Below the pieces are notes generated by a model. It made no database searches. It was given only the letters and a program-made list of their open reading frames with translations, and was not told where the DNA came from. This document shows positions 49,771-62,817 of a DNA stretch of 64,000 nt, piece after piece. Numbering within the stretch: position 1 is the stretch's first letter; every line of letters begins with the position of its first letter. The stretch is from Camelus dromedarius (Eukaryota), in NCBI RefSeq assembly GCF_036321535.1, contig NC_087437.1, positions 120,344,001 through 120,408,000 on the forward strand, written 5' to 3'. A program made the position numbers and the translations under genes.

Positions 49771-52700
49771 CTGCAGCCTGCGGTCCCGAGTCCCGGGTCC
49801 CAGCCTGTCTCAGGAGGGGCCGCCCATCTCAGAGGTGGTCAGGCTGTGGGGCTGCGGGGCCAGGATGCCCGTCCAGCCTCCCAGGGGACAGGCTCACCCC
49901 AGCAGCATCACTGTCTCCTATATGCACTGTCTGGGGGCCACCTGGGTCCCTGGCCGAAGTCCCACCTCCAGCTCCCGTGTGCCTGGGGTGTGCAGAGAAG
50001 CACAGACAGATTTTAACAGGAGTTCAAACCAAATGCTCTCAGGAAAAATATGAAAACTAGGGCAAAAAACATGCAATGTGTCCCAGTGGCAGAAGTGAGC
50101 ACTGATCTGGACTAGAACCTGTAACATCAGCTTTCCTACGTGCCCCCACCTCTCTGTCACCCTGCTCCGAGTTGAGTGACTCTCCTAAGAATGAAAAATT
50201 GTCAAACCATGGGCGGAGGGGCACGCGTGGAAGCCAGTTACTGTGGGCGGTGCTCCCCTCTTCTGCAGTGAGTACCAGCCCAGCGCCCCGCTCTCCCTGC
50301 TGTGGGACAGGCCCTGGCCCTGGGATGGCTGGGCCGCCCGCTAGGAGCTCTGGCCCGGCAGCCGCAGGCCTGGAGCCACAAGAAATGTCCGCCGCTTCGT
50401 GCAGAGCTTGTCTGGAGATGTTGCAGTAGGTGATTTAATTGACCCCTCCCCTGAAAGATTCACCTGCCTGTTTGTAAAGAAAGAACCCAGCTGAACTTTG
50501 GCCTGCATGCACATCTGTTAGTCCTAGGAACTCCGAAGCATGCGCGTGGCCCCTTCACCCAGCCGAGGGCTCAGGCCGCACCGCCGGTGCCGTCTGCTCT
50601 GGACAAGGAAGCGCAGGAGCAGCGGCCCCCGGAAGGAGCCCAGGGGCAGAGCCTCCCTCTGTGACAAAGGCTGCCCCTCCTGAGCAGGGCAGGGAGAGGC
50701 CCAGATCAGAATGTTCCAGAAGGACCTGGAGAAGAGGAAGTCTGTGCCAAGTAGGGCAGGGTGGCCGGCTACCGGGGAGGAAGAAGGGTCCCGCGGCCGG
50801 TTGTGCCAGCCTGGGGCCTGCCATCTTAATCCGGGCTGGGGATTAACATCGGGGCAGACTCGCGTCTTGGCGCGCAGTCAGTGTGACTAATCGCGGGGCA
50901 AACAGGAAGGCTCCGCACCTGCCAGGGCCCGGTCAGGGTTTCCTGCGAGACGACAGCACGGGGCCCCGACAGGACAGGCTGTTCTGTTCCTCACTCCGAG
51001 TCTCTCGGCAGCGACGCTGGCGGGCGTCCGGGCTGGAGTCAGGGAGGCTGGTCAGCAGGTGCCTGGGCCTCTGAGACACGGTCCCCAGTCCCAAATCCTG
51101 CGCCTCCAGCTGCAGACCCGGTCTGCTCACATCCCTGTACCCCCGCTCCCTGACCTTAAGACAGGGCTTTTCTCCAGGCAGCTTCCAGGAACAGGATTTC
51201 TTCCCCCACAGGGCGGAAAACAAGATTAAGAAAGGGTTAGGTCACAGGACCGCAGGGAGCAGGCTGGCAGCCCAGGGGCTTCAGCCTCGGGCCAGCCGTC
51301 AGCCCAGGATCCGGTCACTCGGTTTAAGGGGAAATGCAAACCTGACCTCAGACAAGCAGGGAGTTTCAAGTCTGTCCTGCAGGGCTTAGGGCCCTGTCAC
51401 CTGTCTCAGCCTCCTTAAGCCTGACCCAATGTCCGAGCACACGTATACCTGGTCCACAGCCAAAACAGTCCGACACACAGACATCTCCAGAAACGTGGGG
51501 TGTCAACGTCTTCAGTGTCCCCGGGTGTCCTGCAGCCACGGCCCTCCAGCAAGCACACAAACCCCAGGCCCTGCCCAACGTTGGGCCGCAGAGTGAGGGG
51601 ACAGGAGGACGAACCCACTCTGAACACTAGTCCAGCCCCAAGAGGCCCGGCTCACTGTGGTTTCCTTAGCTCCACACAGGAATGCTGGACCACACACTGG
51701 ACAGAAAGTAAGAATCCGTCTGAGACAGACGAGACAGACGAGACAGACGACCCAGGCGACTGAGGGCAGCCCCGGGCCAGCTCCGTGGGAGGGGCTCAGC
51801 GGGCCGGCCCTCCTCTCTGTGTGTGCTGCTGCCACGAGCATGTGGCTGCGGCCACTCCCTGGAGGACAATCCCCAAGGACACGGCTGCTTCTGGATTTCT
51901 ATTCATTCATGAGTGTCCCCTCCACTCTTGGAAAGAAACCTATACATGAAGGCTTGGGTGTTCTTACTTGTGGCCAAATTCCTGCTAGGATGGACGGGCT
52001 TGGGGACCAGGCACATCAGGGTAGCCTAGCTGACCAGAGCCAAGACACTGCTTAGCGCCCAGAGCAGGAAGGCAGGACAAACCCCACACGCAGGCGCACA
52101 GACACACGCATATAGACACATGCTTGGGCACACAGAGGTGGACTGGCACATGCACACACACAGGTGCACACACGTGCAGACATGCACACAGACAAGATCT
52201 GGGGATGTATCCACCCACTGACCAGCCAGGGACATCATTACAGAGACCTGGACTGTGTCCACACCTGGCCCCGGAGGGAAGTGCGAGGGAGGGAGGGGAC
52301 GTGGGGAGACCCCACGCTGGTGTGCGTGTGGGGAGAGGGGACGAGCAGGGACAGCTCAGCAGCTCGAGCAGACGCCACAGGACAGTGGCAGCTGTGGCTT
52401 CAGCCGGGGGTGTCCCAGCCGCCCCGTGGTGCGCTCCAGAGGAGGAAAAAACCAAGCATGACACCAGGAGCCCAGGGCCTCAGCCACGGAGGCCTCCGGA
52501 GGGCGGGCTGCTTCCTGGGAAAGGCTTTCCTTTCCCTCCTCCCCTCCCAGGATGCCATGGATCCAGGGCTCCGGTGGCGTCCAGACGGGTGAAATTCAAG
52601 ATGGCAGAGAAGCAGGGGGTGCTGGGCCAAGCCAGTGGGGGCCAGGGCTCCAGGGGCCGGCCTGGGGGCGGGAGAGGCGAGGCTGAGGCTCTGCCTGCTT

Positions 52701-54210
52701 CCCCGGCAACTCTCCCAGACCAGGAGAACCTGAAGGGAGAACACCGAGGTCTTGGTCCCACGTGACCACACTCCAGACACAGCACCCGCCCCGGGATGCT
52801 GTCACACCAGGATCACAGCTCGGCTGGGGTGGCAGGCACTCACTCCCTGTGCCCAGACAGACCACACCCAAACCGCCTCTGACCAAAAGGGACTCGGGCC
52901 AATGCCTTCACTCTTGCCCCCGGAACCAGGAGGCACCCACAGGCGAGAAATTCATCCCAACATGAGAAACACCTCCTCCTCTCGAAACTGGAGGAAGAGT
53001 GTTCAAATGCCAAAGTGTAGAGCTGAGATTCTGGAAACTTACCTCGTTGGCTGGCGGGACCCTGATTCATCGAGAAGAGTTAAATGTGCCAAGTTCAACC
53101 TACGAAGGCAGCAAGTGTGTGATGTCTTGTAAAAAGATTGTCCTGAAAATGGTTCACCTCAAAAGAAACGGCTTTGATGCTTAAGAGGTGAGCTCCAGGG
53201 CCTGGGAAATGCTCTTTTCATGACTTTCCTGCCAAGAAGAAGGACTTGCTTCACTCTGCCCTTAAATAACACCTGCCAAGCTCAGCTGCCCGTTATTTCT
53301 TCTCTATTGACATCTGGTTAAAGAGCAGAAAGAAAAGAAAGCGCACCAGCCATCCCTGCGGAGGCGGCCTCTCCCCCGGCCCCCACGGCCCCACAGCCCG
53401 GCAGGAGCCCCGTCATCTCCAATCCCCACCGCGCCCGGGGCTGGCTTTCCGGTCCAGGGCAGGTGGAGGGGTGTGTCCGCTGCCGGCCTCACTTGCTTCA
53501 GCAGTACGGGGTCTCAAAGGAAGACCGAAAGAGAGAGAAATGCTCAGTGACCCCAGGCAGAGGTAAGGCAGGCTGCGGGGACCCTGTGACAGTCAGCTCC
53601 CTGGAAAAGGAGTAAACACTCGTCTTGTAAATCGGCCTGCGGATGCAGAACAGGACCTCCTAAACTCGTTTCTAGCACTGATGATTAAATCCACCTCTCC
53701 ACATCTTCCCACACGGCGCCTGCGATCAGGCAGCCCCAGCAGCCTGCCCGTGTCACCACATGCTGACTGAATACTGCCGCTGGGGTGGGCAGAGGGCTGG
53801 CTGGTGGCCGTCTGCCCGCTGTCCTCTGCCTCCCTTCCCTCCCTACCCCACAGGCCTGCCCAGTGGCACCCAGAGCACACTGGCCAAAAGTGCCAGACGG
53901 ACCTGAACTGCTAGGCACTAGAACTGCGGAAGCCCAAGGGCAGGACCAGGCCCTGCTGTGGAGAACAAGTGACCACAGGGGAGGGTGGACATACGCCCCA
54001 GGGGCCAGAGGTGACGCCACACGGTACTGAAGGGCTACTGAAGAGGCACCCAGGTTCAAATGGCAGCTGGCCCCGCAGGCAGGCAGCGTAACATCTCTGG
54101 GCTCATCCCCTCACCCGCAGAAGGTGGTTGTGAGGACTGGGCTGGTGTAAATTGGACACAAGCCCTGACCGCCACCAGGAGACCAAATGCTTTGTGTCCA
54201 GCTACAGGGC

Positions 54211-54218
54211 TGACGTCA
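54211..54218. promoter_or_regulatory. Full palindromic cAMP-response element (TGACGTCA)
   Basis: Exact CRE in apparently unique DNA, with an AP-1 site TGACTCA at ~54333. Function not shown. Confidence 0.35.
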
Positions 54219-54919
54219 GTGTGGGAAGCCTGACGGTTTTCACAGAAATTGTGACGCTGTTACATGCTTTTCATGCCAGGAGGCCTCCTTATGCGCCCGG
54301 CACTGCATGAGGCCGCAGGGACTCAACAGACATGACTCACGTCCAGGGCAAGGGGTCCATACAGAGCTACTGATGAGGGGGTCCCCCCAAACTCTCAGAA
54401 ATTGCGTAGGAAGCAGCACACACGTGCTTACGGGCATTTCTGTGCAGAGCAGTTTATCGGATTGTCAATGTGCTCCGTGACCCCGCAGCAGCTGACAACC
54501 TCTGTCCCGAGGGCCTGTGGTCCAGCACAGGGCAGACGTGGGACCACTGGCATGAGTGGCTGAGAGCAGGGCAGACAGCCAGGGCTGGCACTGCGCAGGC
54601 ACTCCCCTCCACCGTGGCAGGGACGTGCCACCTCCGCACACGGCCTGTCAGCTGGGCGGGCGCGGGATCCAGTGACAGCCTGCACCCTGGGCCTCGGACC
54701 TGGGCATGGCGAGTCCACAGGCCGCCCTCTGGAAGGCACAGCGAACGCTCCGCCCTAAGGAAGCAAGTTTGGAGATAAACTCATTTCTCTGGTCTTGGTA
54801 TCTCAGACTCTGCCACCTATAGTGCTGGGGGCTGGCAAACAACCACTCGGCTAAAGTCAGAGGGTATGGTCAACTAATGGTCAACCAATGATTTTGAAAA
54901 TGGAAGTGACTTTTTTTGC

Positions 54920-55100
54920 ATTTTAAAATGTAAATCAGATGTTGCTCCCGCTCCCTACTGTCCAACAATCTGCCGTCTCACAAAGTGAACCATGTCGTCC
55001 TCCCTGAGGCCGGGCCTGCGCACTCACTGCTATCTTCAAATGTGCTGCAAACAAGTGCCCCAGGGTGTTTGCACCCACTCTTCCTACTGCCCGGACTCCA
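54920..55100 (+). mobile_element. Possible L2 fragment
   Basis: ttttaaaatgtaaatcagatgttgctcccgctccct...cccagggtgtttgcacccactcttcctactgcccgga resembles the L2 3' region; degenerate. Confidence 0.45.
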
Positions 55101-55394
55101 TCACAGACATTTAAGAGTAACAGTTTGCATTAAATAATTTACTCTGAAAAGTTGGGCTGCAAAATATGCCCTCAATTAAAAACCATAAACTATGACTGGG
55201 AGCCATTTTTTTGACAGTTATTCTGTGCTAGGTGTGTTCTAAGGACATTAAATATGCATTTGTGGCGGGAAAGCACAGCTAAGGGAGCACCACTGGGAAC
55301 AACTTAAAATCCTTACAATAAAGGTTATTTATGAAACATATTTTTAAAATACAATGAGCAATAGTATATATGAATCATGGCAACTGACAGTTAC

Positions 55395-55490
55395 AAAATT
55401 CAACAAATGGTGCTGGGAGAACTGGACATCCACATGCAAGAGTGAAGTTGAACTCTCACCTAAACCATATGTGAAACTAACTCAAAATGG
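55395..55490 (+). mobile_element. Short L1 ORF2 fragment
   Basis: ttcaacaaatggtgctgggagaactggacatccacatgcaag encodes FNKWCWENW, the ORF2 C-terminal-region motif. Confidence 0.8.
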
Positions 55491-58400
55491 GTGCTGGCAG
55501 GGGTCATTTTTATGTTCTCCCTCTACCTTGCTAGCATCAGTGCTGGTGGGAACCATTTCCACACTTACTCTAACCTGACAGCACCCACCTCCTCACCATG
55601 CAGCTGCCCCTGCCCTGTCCCCACCCCACGTCACTCCCACAGTCCCGCCAGAGGTGGCAGGTGAGCACTCTGCCCCCCATCGCACCCCAAAGCCAACAGG
55701 AATGAGCAGTCCACACAGGGGATGCCCCTTGAGCTAGGCCCTGGTGGCCAGGAGCTTTCGTTTCTGAACCCCACGGGTCTGAAAATATCAGATAGACAGT
55801 TCGAAAGACAACCAAGAACGGGTAAGGTCAAATGACAAGATTCGTCACCTACACAGGGCCACCCCTTCAAGACTGGCAGAGAGGGATGTTCATCCAACAC
55901 ACAGAAACACACACAGAGAATCAGGCAAAATGAGGAAACAGAAAAATCATGTTCCAAAAGAAAGGACAAGGAAAAAGCCCAGGAAAAAAATCTTAATAAA
56001 ACAAAGATAAGTGATTTACCTGATAAAGAATTCAAAGTAATGGTAATAAAAATACTCACTAAACTCAGAAGAATGGGTGAACATAGGTAACTTCAGCAAA
56101 GAGACATACAACATAAGAAAACACTTAGCAGAAGCTACAGGCCTGAAGAGTACAGCAACTGAAAGACACCCTGGAGGGCTCAACAGCAGGCTAGACGGGC
56201 AGCAGGGAGATCAGCGACGTGGAGCCAGGGCAGTGGCGCTCACACAAGGCAGCGGTGGGGGGGGGGGAATAGCTCAGTGTGCTTATTAGCACGTGTGAGG
56301 TCCTGGGTTCAACCCCCAACACCTCCATTAAAATAAATACTAAATTCAAAAACTTAAACCCTCTCCCCCCCAAAAAAAACTAAAAACTAAAAATATTTTT
56401 TTTAATTGAAAGTAGCAAAAAGAAAAAAGAATTTTTAAGAGTGAAGATAACTTACAGGACCCATGTGTCAACATCAAGCAGAGTAACATTCACATTACAG
56501 GGATCCCAGGAGAAGGAGAGCGAGAGAAAGGGGCAGAAATTTTATCTGAATAAATAATGGCTGAAAAATTCCCTAACCTGGGAAAAAGACATCCAGATCC
56601 CGGAAGCCCAAAGAGATCCAAACAAGATGAGGTTAAAGAGACCCACACTAAGACATACTATAATTAAAATACCTAAAGTCAAAGGCAAAGAGAGAATCTT
56701 AAAAAAGGAGAAGAACACCTTGTTGCATACAAGGGAGCCCCATCAGCCTACGAGAAGACTCTTCAGCAGCACCTTTGCAGGCCAGACAGAAGTGGCACGC
56801 ACGACACACTCAAAGTGCTAAAAGGAAAACATTTCCAACCAGGAATACCCTACCCAGCAAGGTTATTATTCAGAACTGAAGAAGAGACAGAGAGCTTTCC
56901 AGACAAGCAAAAGCTAAGGGAGGTTATTACCACTAAACCAAGCCTGCAAGAAATGTGAAAGGGCCTTCTTTAAGCTGAGAAGGGCGGGCATCAATGAGTA
57001 ACAAGAAAACAGGTAAGAGGAAAAATCGAACGGGTAAAGTTTAAGTACATAATGAAGAAGGCAGATTAATCACTTATAAAACTAGTATGCAAGGTAAGAC
57101 AAAGGTGGTAAAGTAACTGTGTAATAATTAAGGGATACACAAAATAGAAAGATGCAAAATGTGACGTCAAAAACATAAAACATGGGTAGGGGAGTGAAAA
57201 TGCAGAGCTTGAGAACGCGCTCAAACTTACCTTGTTACCAACTTAGAATGACTGATACACACATCCATGTGTATGTATGTGTATATATATATATATGTAA
57301 GCTATTGTATGTGAGCCTCATAGTGACCACAAGGCAAAATCTATAGCACACACCAAAGATAATGAGAAAGGAACCCAAGCATAACACTACACAAAGTCAT
57401 CAAGTCACCAGGGAAGAAAACAAGAGAAGCAAGAACACAGGAAACTGCGTAGCAGCCAGAAAACAACAGAACGACAGTAAGCACAGACCTATCAACAATT
57501 ACTGTAAATGTAAACGGATCGAACGCTCCGATCATAAAACACAGAGTGGCCGAAGGATAGAAACCAAACCCGTCTCTGTGCTGCCTGCAAGAGACTCACC
57601 TCGGAAGTAAACACACACACAAGACTGAAAGTGCAGGGATGGGAAAAGATGTTTCATGCAAAGGGAAGCCAAAAGGAAGCTGGCTAGCTGCACTTTATCA
57701 GACAAAATAGACTTTAAGACAGACTAACAAAAGACAAAGACGAACACTACATAATGATAAAGGAGCCAATCCAACAAGAAGATACGACATTTGTAAACAT
57801 TTATGCACCCAACATAGGAGCTTCACCGCTCCAAAGGGAGAAACTGACAGCAACATGGTACGAGTGGGGGACTTTACACACCAGTTACATCAGTGCACAG
57901 ACCGTCCAGACAAAATCGATAAGGGAACACCAGCCTGAACCGACACATCAGACCAGATGAACTTAATAGGTATATATAGAACATTCCATCCAAAAGCGGC
58001 AGAATACACATTCTTCTCAAGTGCACATGCCACATTCTTCAGGATAGATCACCTGCTGGGCCACAAAATAAGCCTTAGTAATTTAAGAAGATTAAAGCCG
58101 TATCAAGTATCTTTTCTGACCACAATGGTATGAAGCTAGAAATCAATTACAAGAAGAAAACTGGAAAAATTACAAACATGTGGTGATTAAACAAAATGCT
58201 CCTGAACAACCAATGGATCAACAAATAAAGGAGAAATTTAAAAACACCTTGAGACAAATGAAAATGTAAACGCAACGTACCACAACCTCTGGAATACACT
58301 AAGAAGGACGCTCATAGTGACACAGTCCCCCCCGAGACACAGGAAAACTCTCAAGCTAACTTTGCACCTAAAGGAACTAAAACAAGAAGAACAAACAAAA

Positions 58401-60112
58401 CCCAAAGTTAACAGAGGAAGGAAATAATAATAAAGATCAGAATGGAAATAAATGAAATAGAGACTCAAAAAGACAATAGAAAAGATCAATGAAAGTAAGA
58501 GCTGGTCTTTGAAAAGATGAAATTGACATATCTTTAGATAAGCTCACTAAAAAGAGAGGGAAGAGAGAGAGAGAAGAGAGAGAGGGCTCAAATAAATAAA
58601 TCCAGAAATGAAAGCGGAGAAATCACAACTGACACCAAAGAAATGCAACCAATTGTAAGAAACTATTACGAACAATCACAGGCCAAGAAATTGGGCATTA
58701 AAATTAGCCCAAATTAGAAGAAATGGATAAATTCCTAGAAACACGATTTTCCAAGACAGAATCATGAGGAAATAGACAATTTGAACAGACTGATTACTAG
58801 TAAGGATACTGAACAGCAATTAAAAAAACCTCCCAACAAACAGTAGTCCAGGACCCAATAAATGGCTTCACTGGTGAATTCTACCAAACATTCAAAGAAA
58901 ATTTGATACCTATCTTTATCAAACTTTTCCAAAAAACTGAAGAGGAGGGACTGCTCCCGAACTTGTTTTATTTGCAAGCCAGTATTACCCTGATACTAAA
59001 ACCAGAGAAGGATATCACAAAAAGAGGAAAGTAACATGCCAGTATCCCTGGATACAGATGCAAAAATCGTCGACAAAATATTAGCGAATCAAATTCAACA
59101 ACACACTAAAAGGATCGTAGCCCATGATCAAGTGGGATTTATTCGAAGATGCCAAGGGTGGCTCAATATCCACAAATTAATCAATGTGATACATCACATT
59201 GACAAGTGGAGGAATAAAAATCACATGATCATCTCAACAGATGGAGAAAAAGCACATGACAAAACCCCACATCCATTTATCATAAACCCTCTCAACAAAG
59301 TAGGCATGGACGGAACGCACCTCAACACTATAAAGGCCACACACGACAAGCCCAGAGTTAACACCATACTCAGCAGTGAAAAAGCCTTTTCCCTTAATAT
59401 CAGCAACAAGACAAAGGTGCCCACTCTCACCACTCTTATTCAACATAGTATTGAAAGTCCTAGCCAGGGCAATCAGGCCGAAAAAGAAATAAAAGGCATC
59501 CAAATTGGAAAGGAAAAAGTAAAACTATCACTACTTGCAGACAATGCGATTTTATGTCGAGAGAAAACCCTGATCCACGTGGTGCAGCAGTTTCACACGT
59601 AGGCACACACCCAAGAGACTGGAAAGCAGGAGCTCAGATACCTGTACAACCTACGTTCACTGCGGCATTCACGACAGCCAAAGCTTAAACCCTTGTCCAT
59701 CCTCAGATGAATGGATAAACAAAACGTGTTACATAGACACGAGGGAATTTCATGCACCATAAAGAGGAATGAAGTTCTGACACCTGCTATATAACATGGG
59801 TGAACCTTGAAGCCTTTATGCCGAGTGAAGTCAGCCAGTCAGAGAAGGACAAATATTTGATTCCACTTCTATGAGGTACTTGAGAAGTCAAATTCATAGG
59901 ACTGGAACACAGGGTGCCGGGGGCGGGAGGAGGGCAGCTGGAAGATGAACGGGTACAGAGCTTCTGCCTGCTGTGGAAACACAGGGCTAACGGTTGCACA
60001 ACTCTGTGAGTATATTTAATGCCAGTGCATTCCACACTTAAAAATGGCTTAAATGGTAAATTTTACATTCATTATTTATGTTTCTGTGGTAAATTTTACC
60101 ACAGTTCAAAAA
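55490..60112 (+). mobile_element. Long decayed LINE-1 (L1M-type): 5'UTR, ORF1 relic (~55930-56970), ORF2 EN/RT relic (~57470-59570), joined to an L1MB-like 3' end
   Basis: A-rich sense strand. ORF 56627-56821 (RPTLRHTIIKIPKVKGKERILK) is ORF1-like. ORF 57754-57960 (IQQEDTTFVNIYAPNIGA) is endonuclease-like. ORF 59036-59602 (DAKIVDKILANQIQQHTKRIVAHDQVGFI...KNHMIISTDGEKAHDK) is L1 RT. Many stops and frameshifts. Confidence 0.95.
56257..56392 (+). mobile_element. tRNA-derived SINE, Vic-1-like (camelid), inserted in L1 ORF1
   Basis: ggggggaatagctcagtg (partial A box) ... gaggtcctgggttcaacccccaacacctccattaaaataaa (B box) ... ctcccccccaaaaaaaa tail, the recalled Vic-1 layout. L1 ORF1 sequence resumes after it. 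Confidence 0.8.
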
Positions 60113-62264
60113 ACTTGAGGATTACAAACAACAGCAACAAAAAAAGGCAGCATTAGTCTTCCCTGTGTAACATGCACTGGCACATTAAAAGGCCTCCGCA
60201 TTCGACATCTGAAGACAAACAACCGTGCACACTCTCAGAGCAGAGACAGCCGGGCCTTGAAGATGAACCCCAGGAAAAAGAAGGTGGACCAGCTGTCTCT
60301 TGCTCTCCCGACCCGGGCCTGGACTTGAAAAGTATCCAAAGACCATTTAATGGGTTCGTTCGCTGCGCCTCCTGAGGCTGCACTCCCTACAGGACGCTGC
60401 ATCAGAGAAGTCCTCCCGCAGCGGTCTAAGCACCTACGTCACGGACGGAAACAGAGCAGACGTCAGCTTCAAGGCTTCTCAGAAAACTAGCACGCCTACA
60501 GAAGTACTTCTCAACCGTCTGCATTCATATTAACATCATGCCGTACAGCTAACGGCAGGTCTGGCAGGATCAGGGTAACGGGCACATTTACAACTTCTCC
60601 TAAAACCCCTCCTTGCCTGTGGCCTGACTTCAGGCCTTGGCTGATCTTCTTCAAGTCCCAGACTTGTGACCCTATGCTTGGCACCCTAATCAGCCTGGAG
60701 ATCCCTGAACAAGCGAGAGGCACGGGGCTACACAAGCATCTGGGACGAGAACTCCTTGCAACGCGAGGCTTGTCCCCACTCGCGCCACGAGCAAGCGTGC
60801 TGATCTGCATCCTAGCGAGCGTCTGCTCCTCAGGCCCCACGGAGCACCGACCGGATGGGCCACGAGCAACCTGACGGCGAGGGGCTGCCCTGATCGCCGG
60901 CGGGGGCAGGTGAAGTCCGGCTGTCGGCCTGGCAGGCTCAGGCCTTTACGCACAAACTGACAGCACCAAGGAGACAAAGTTTCTTAACTTAAACAGAAAA
61001 GGAATTCTTTTAAAAATTAAATTAAAAAAAAAAAAACCTATGTACCATTTTACTGCTTCTATTTCTGATTTTAAAATGCACAAGACGCCTCAGACACTGC
61101 CACATACAGGCTTTTATGCATACTTTCAAAATTGAGAGTTTTTTAGGCCTTTAGATGTAAAACAAATTGGAGAATCCATGTTTTCCCTTTGACCTCCACA
61201 AGAAGAGCAAAAATATTAGGAAGGCTAGTCACTTCTTAACATTGGCTGTTGGCACTTTTCCAGTGACACATTCAAAGCATGTATTTGACATACGTTCCTT
61301 CCTAAAGGAGTCTTCATAAGAACTCCTGCTAGCCTTAGCACTGTAAACTTAGGAGGAAACAACTTACCCTTTTTAGTCACATCCCTCTACTAATTAGCTA
61401 AACTACACAACGTTCACGGGTTTGGCCCAGCTTCATTTTTCTCTATGTGCCACTGATCCCATCTTTGGCAGAAAAAAGACCCTGCATTTCTAGAGTCAGA
61501 ACTAACTAATCATACTAGTTTATCTCCTGTTACCTCATCAAACAAACAGCTGAAAAGAAAATGGCACCAGGCTAGCAAAGCACAAACGCAACACCCTCAA
61601 CGCTGTTCGCCGACGATCAGGACCTACAGAACCACGCAGCAGAGACGGACCGATTTCCGCCTCGAATTTTAAACTGCCTCTTACGACGTTTCTCCGGTCC
61701 TGATGAGCCAGGCTCCACAGCATGTCGGCTCATGAAACTCAAGCAGCTCTGCCTCCCTGTAAGCTGCTTCGTTCTGCCTCAGCTGTGAGCCGCACACGGC
61801 CCGTAAAACCTACCGAGAAGAAAAACGCAGTTATTCTAAACTGCCACGCGCAGCAGAAAGAGAGCACAAATGTACATGGGTTTTGGTTTTGCTCCTACAG
61901 GAGGCCTAGAGCCCAGGCGCCTACGGTGTCACACTGAGGGACATGGCACGTGCTGCTGTGACTCTAAGGAGTGAGTGAGATGGAATTCCATCTTCACATG
62001 TCCTGGCATCCGTGAGAAATGAAATGTGTCCCCCTCCGTTCTCCGCCAGGGGCCCGGGCGCAGCTGAGGAGGAGCCGCGGAGCGCGGGGCCTGGCACACA
62101 CCCGTGCACACGCTTTCACCCCTGAGGCCCTTGCTGTGACATTGTTTTATGAAAAACCGGACTTCTGAGTATACAGCTAAAGGGCCCAAAACAAACAACG
62201 TAAGGAGAGCTTTTTCTACCGACCACGTGTGTGCATTACAATACACAACTGCCTAATACCAAGT

Positions 62265-62315
62265 TTCCAACGCAACAGCTGAAGCACACCAATGACTCTT
62301 CCGACTTCCTTTATT
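62265..62315 (-). terminator. Polyadenylation signal with cleavage site and GU-rich downstream element
   Basis: Minus strand: AATAAA (62315-62310) ggaagtcggaagagtCA (~62293) ttggtgtgcttcagctgttgcgttgg; canonical spacing. Confidence 0.7.
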
Positions 62316-62817
62316 CAAAAATAAAAGAGGCACAAAAATATGGAACTAAGATGTCCAATGTCATCTGAAATAGCAGGTTTACCAAAAGGTTTGAAGGTAA
62401 ACTTGAATTTGGGAGGATTAACTATAATTATTAGAGAGAGAATGAATTGTTTTTCAAAAACTGTATCCCAGGGAAACGCTGACCAGCCGGGTAGGTGGTT
62501 ACTTAACCTCCCGCTTTTCTTGGGGGGCCTAGAGGTCTGAGTCTCCTGGGCAGGGGAGCTGCTCCGAGAAGCCCCTTCTGGGCGCGCTGACATGGGCCTT
62601 TCCAGAAGACTGTCCCCTATCCCAGGCTCCCCTCTGGCAAGGTCGACCCACAAGTACGTTCCCTTCCAGGAGGAAGTTCTGGAGACACATATCAATTCAC
62701 ATCCATCTCTAGTCAATCACACTTTGCCACCAGTAACTTGGGGCACACAGCTGGTGGTTTTAGAAAATGAATACAGCGCGGGGACCGGGGGAAGCAGGCA
62801 GGCCAGGTCGCGCGGCC
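62293..62817 (-). other. HSF2BP: 3' UTR of HSF2BP
   Basis: Lies between the stop codon and the first canonical poly(A) signal; the end is inferred from the CA dinucleotide after AATAAA. Confidence 0.65.

Noticed and set aside
53030..53200. Minus-strand donor AGGTAAGT near 53043-53036 as an extra exon
   Set aside because: An isolated motif with no matching acceptor or reading frame that I could support.
56257..56330. tRNA gene
   Set aside because: The tRNA-like head is followed by a SINE body and A-tail, and the D-arm region is incomplete.
57162..57169. Second full CRE (TGACGTCA)
   Set aside because: Lies inside the L1 inter-ORF region and has no supporting motif context.
59036..59602. Reverse-transcriptase-like ORF as a functional or novel RT gene
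   Set aside because: Frameshifted L1 ORF2 relic with a degenerate catalytic motif (LLADNA) within a decayed L1.
62411..62511. Possible 3'UTR hairpin (gggaggattaa / ttaacctccc)
   Set aside because: Only ~10 bp of bulged complementarity across ~80 nt; not distinguishable from chance.
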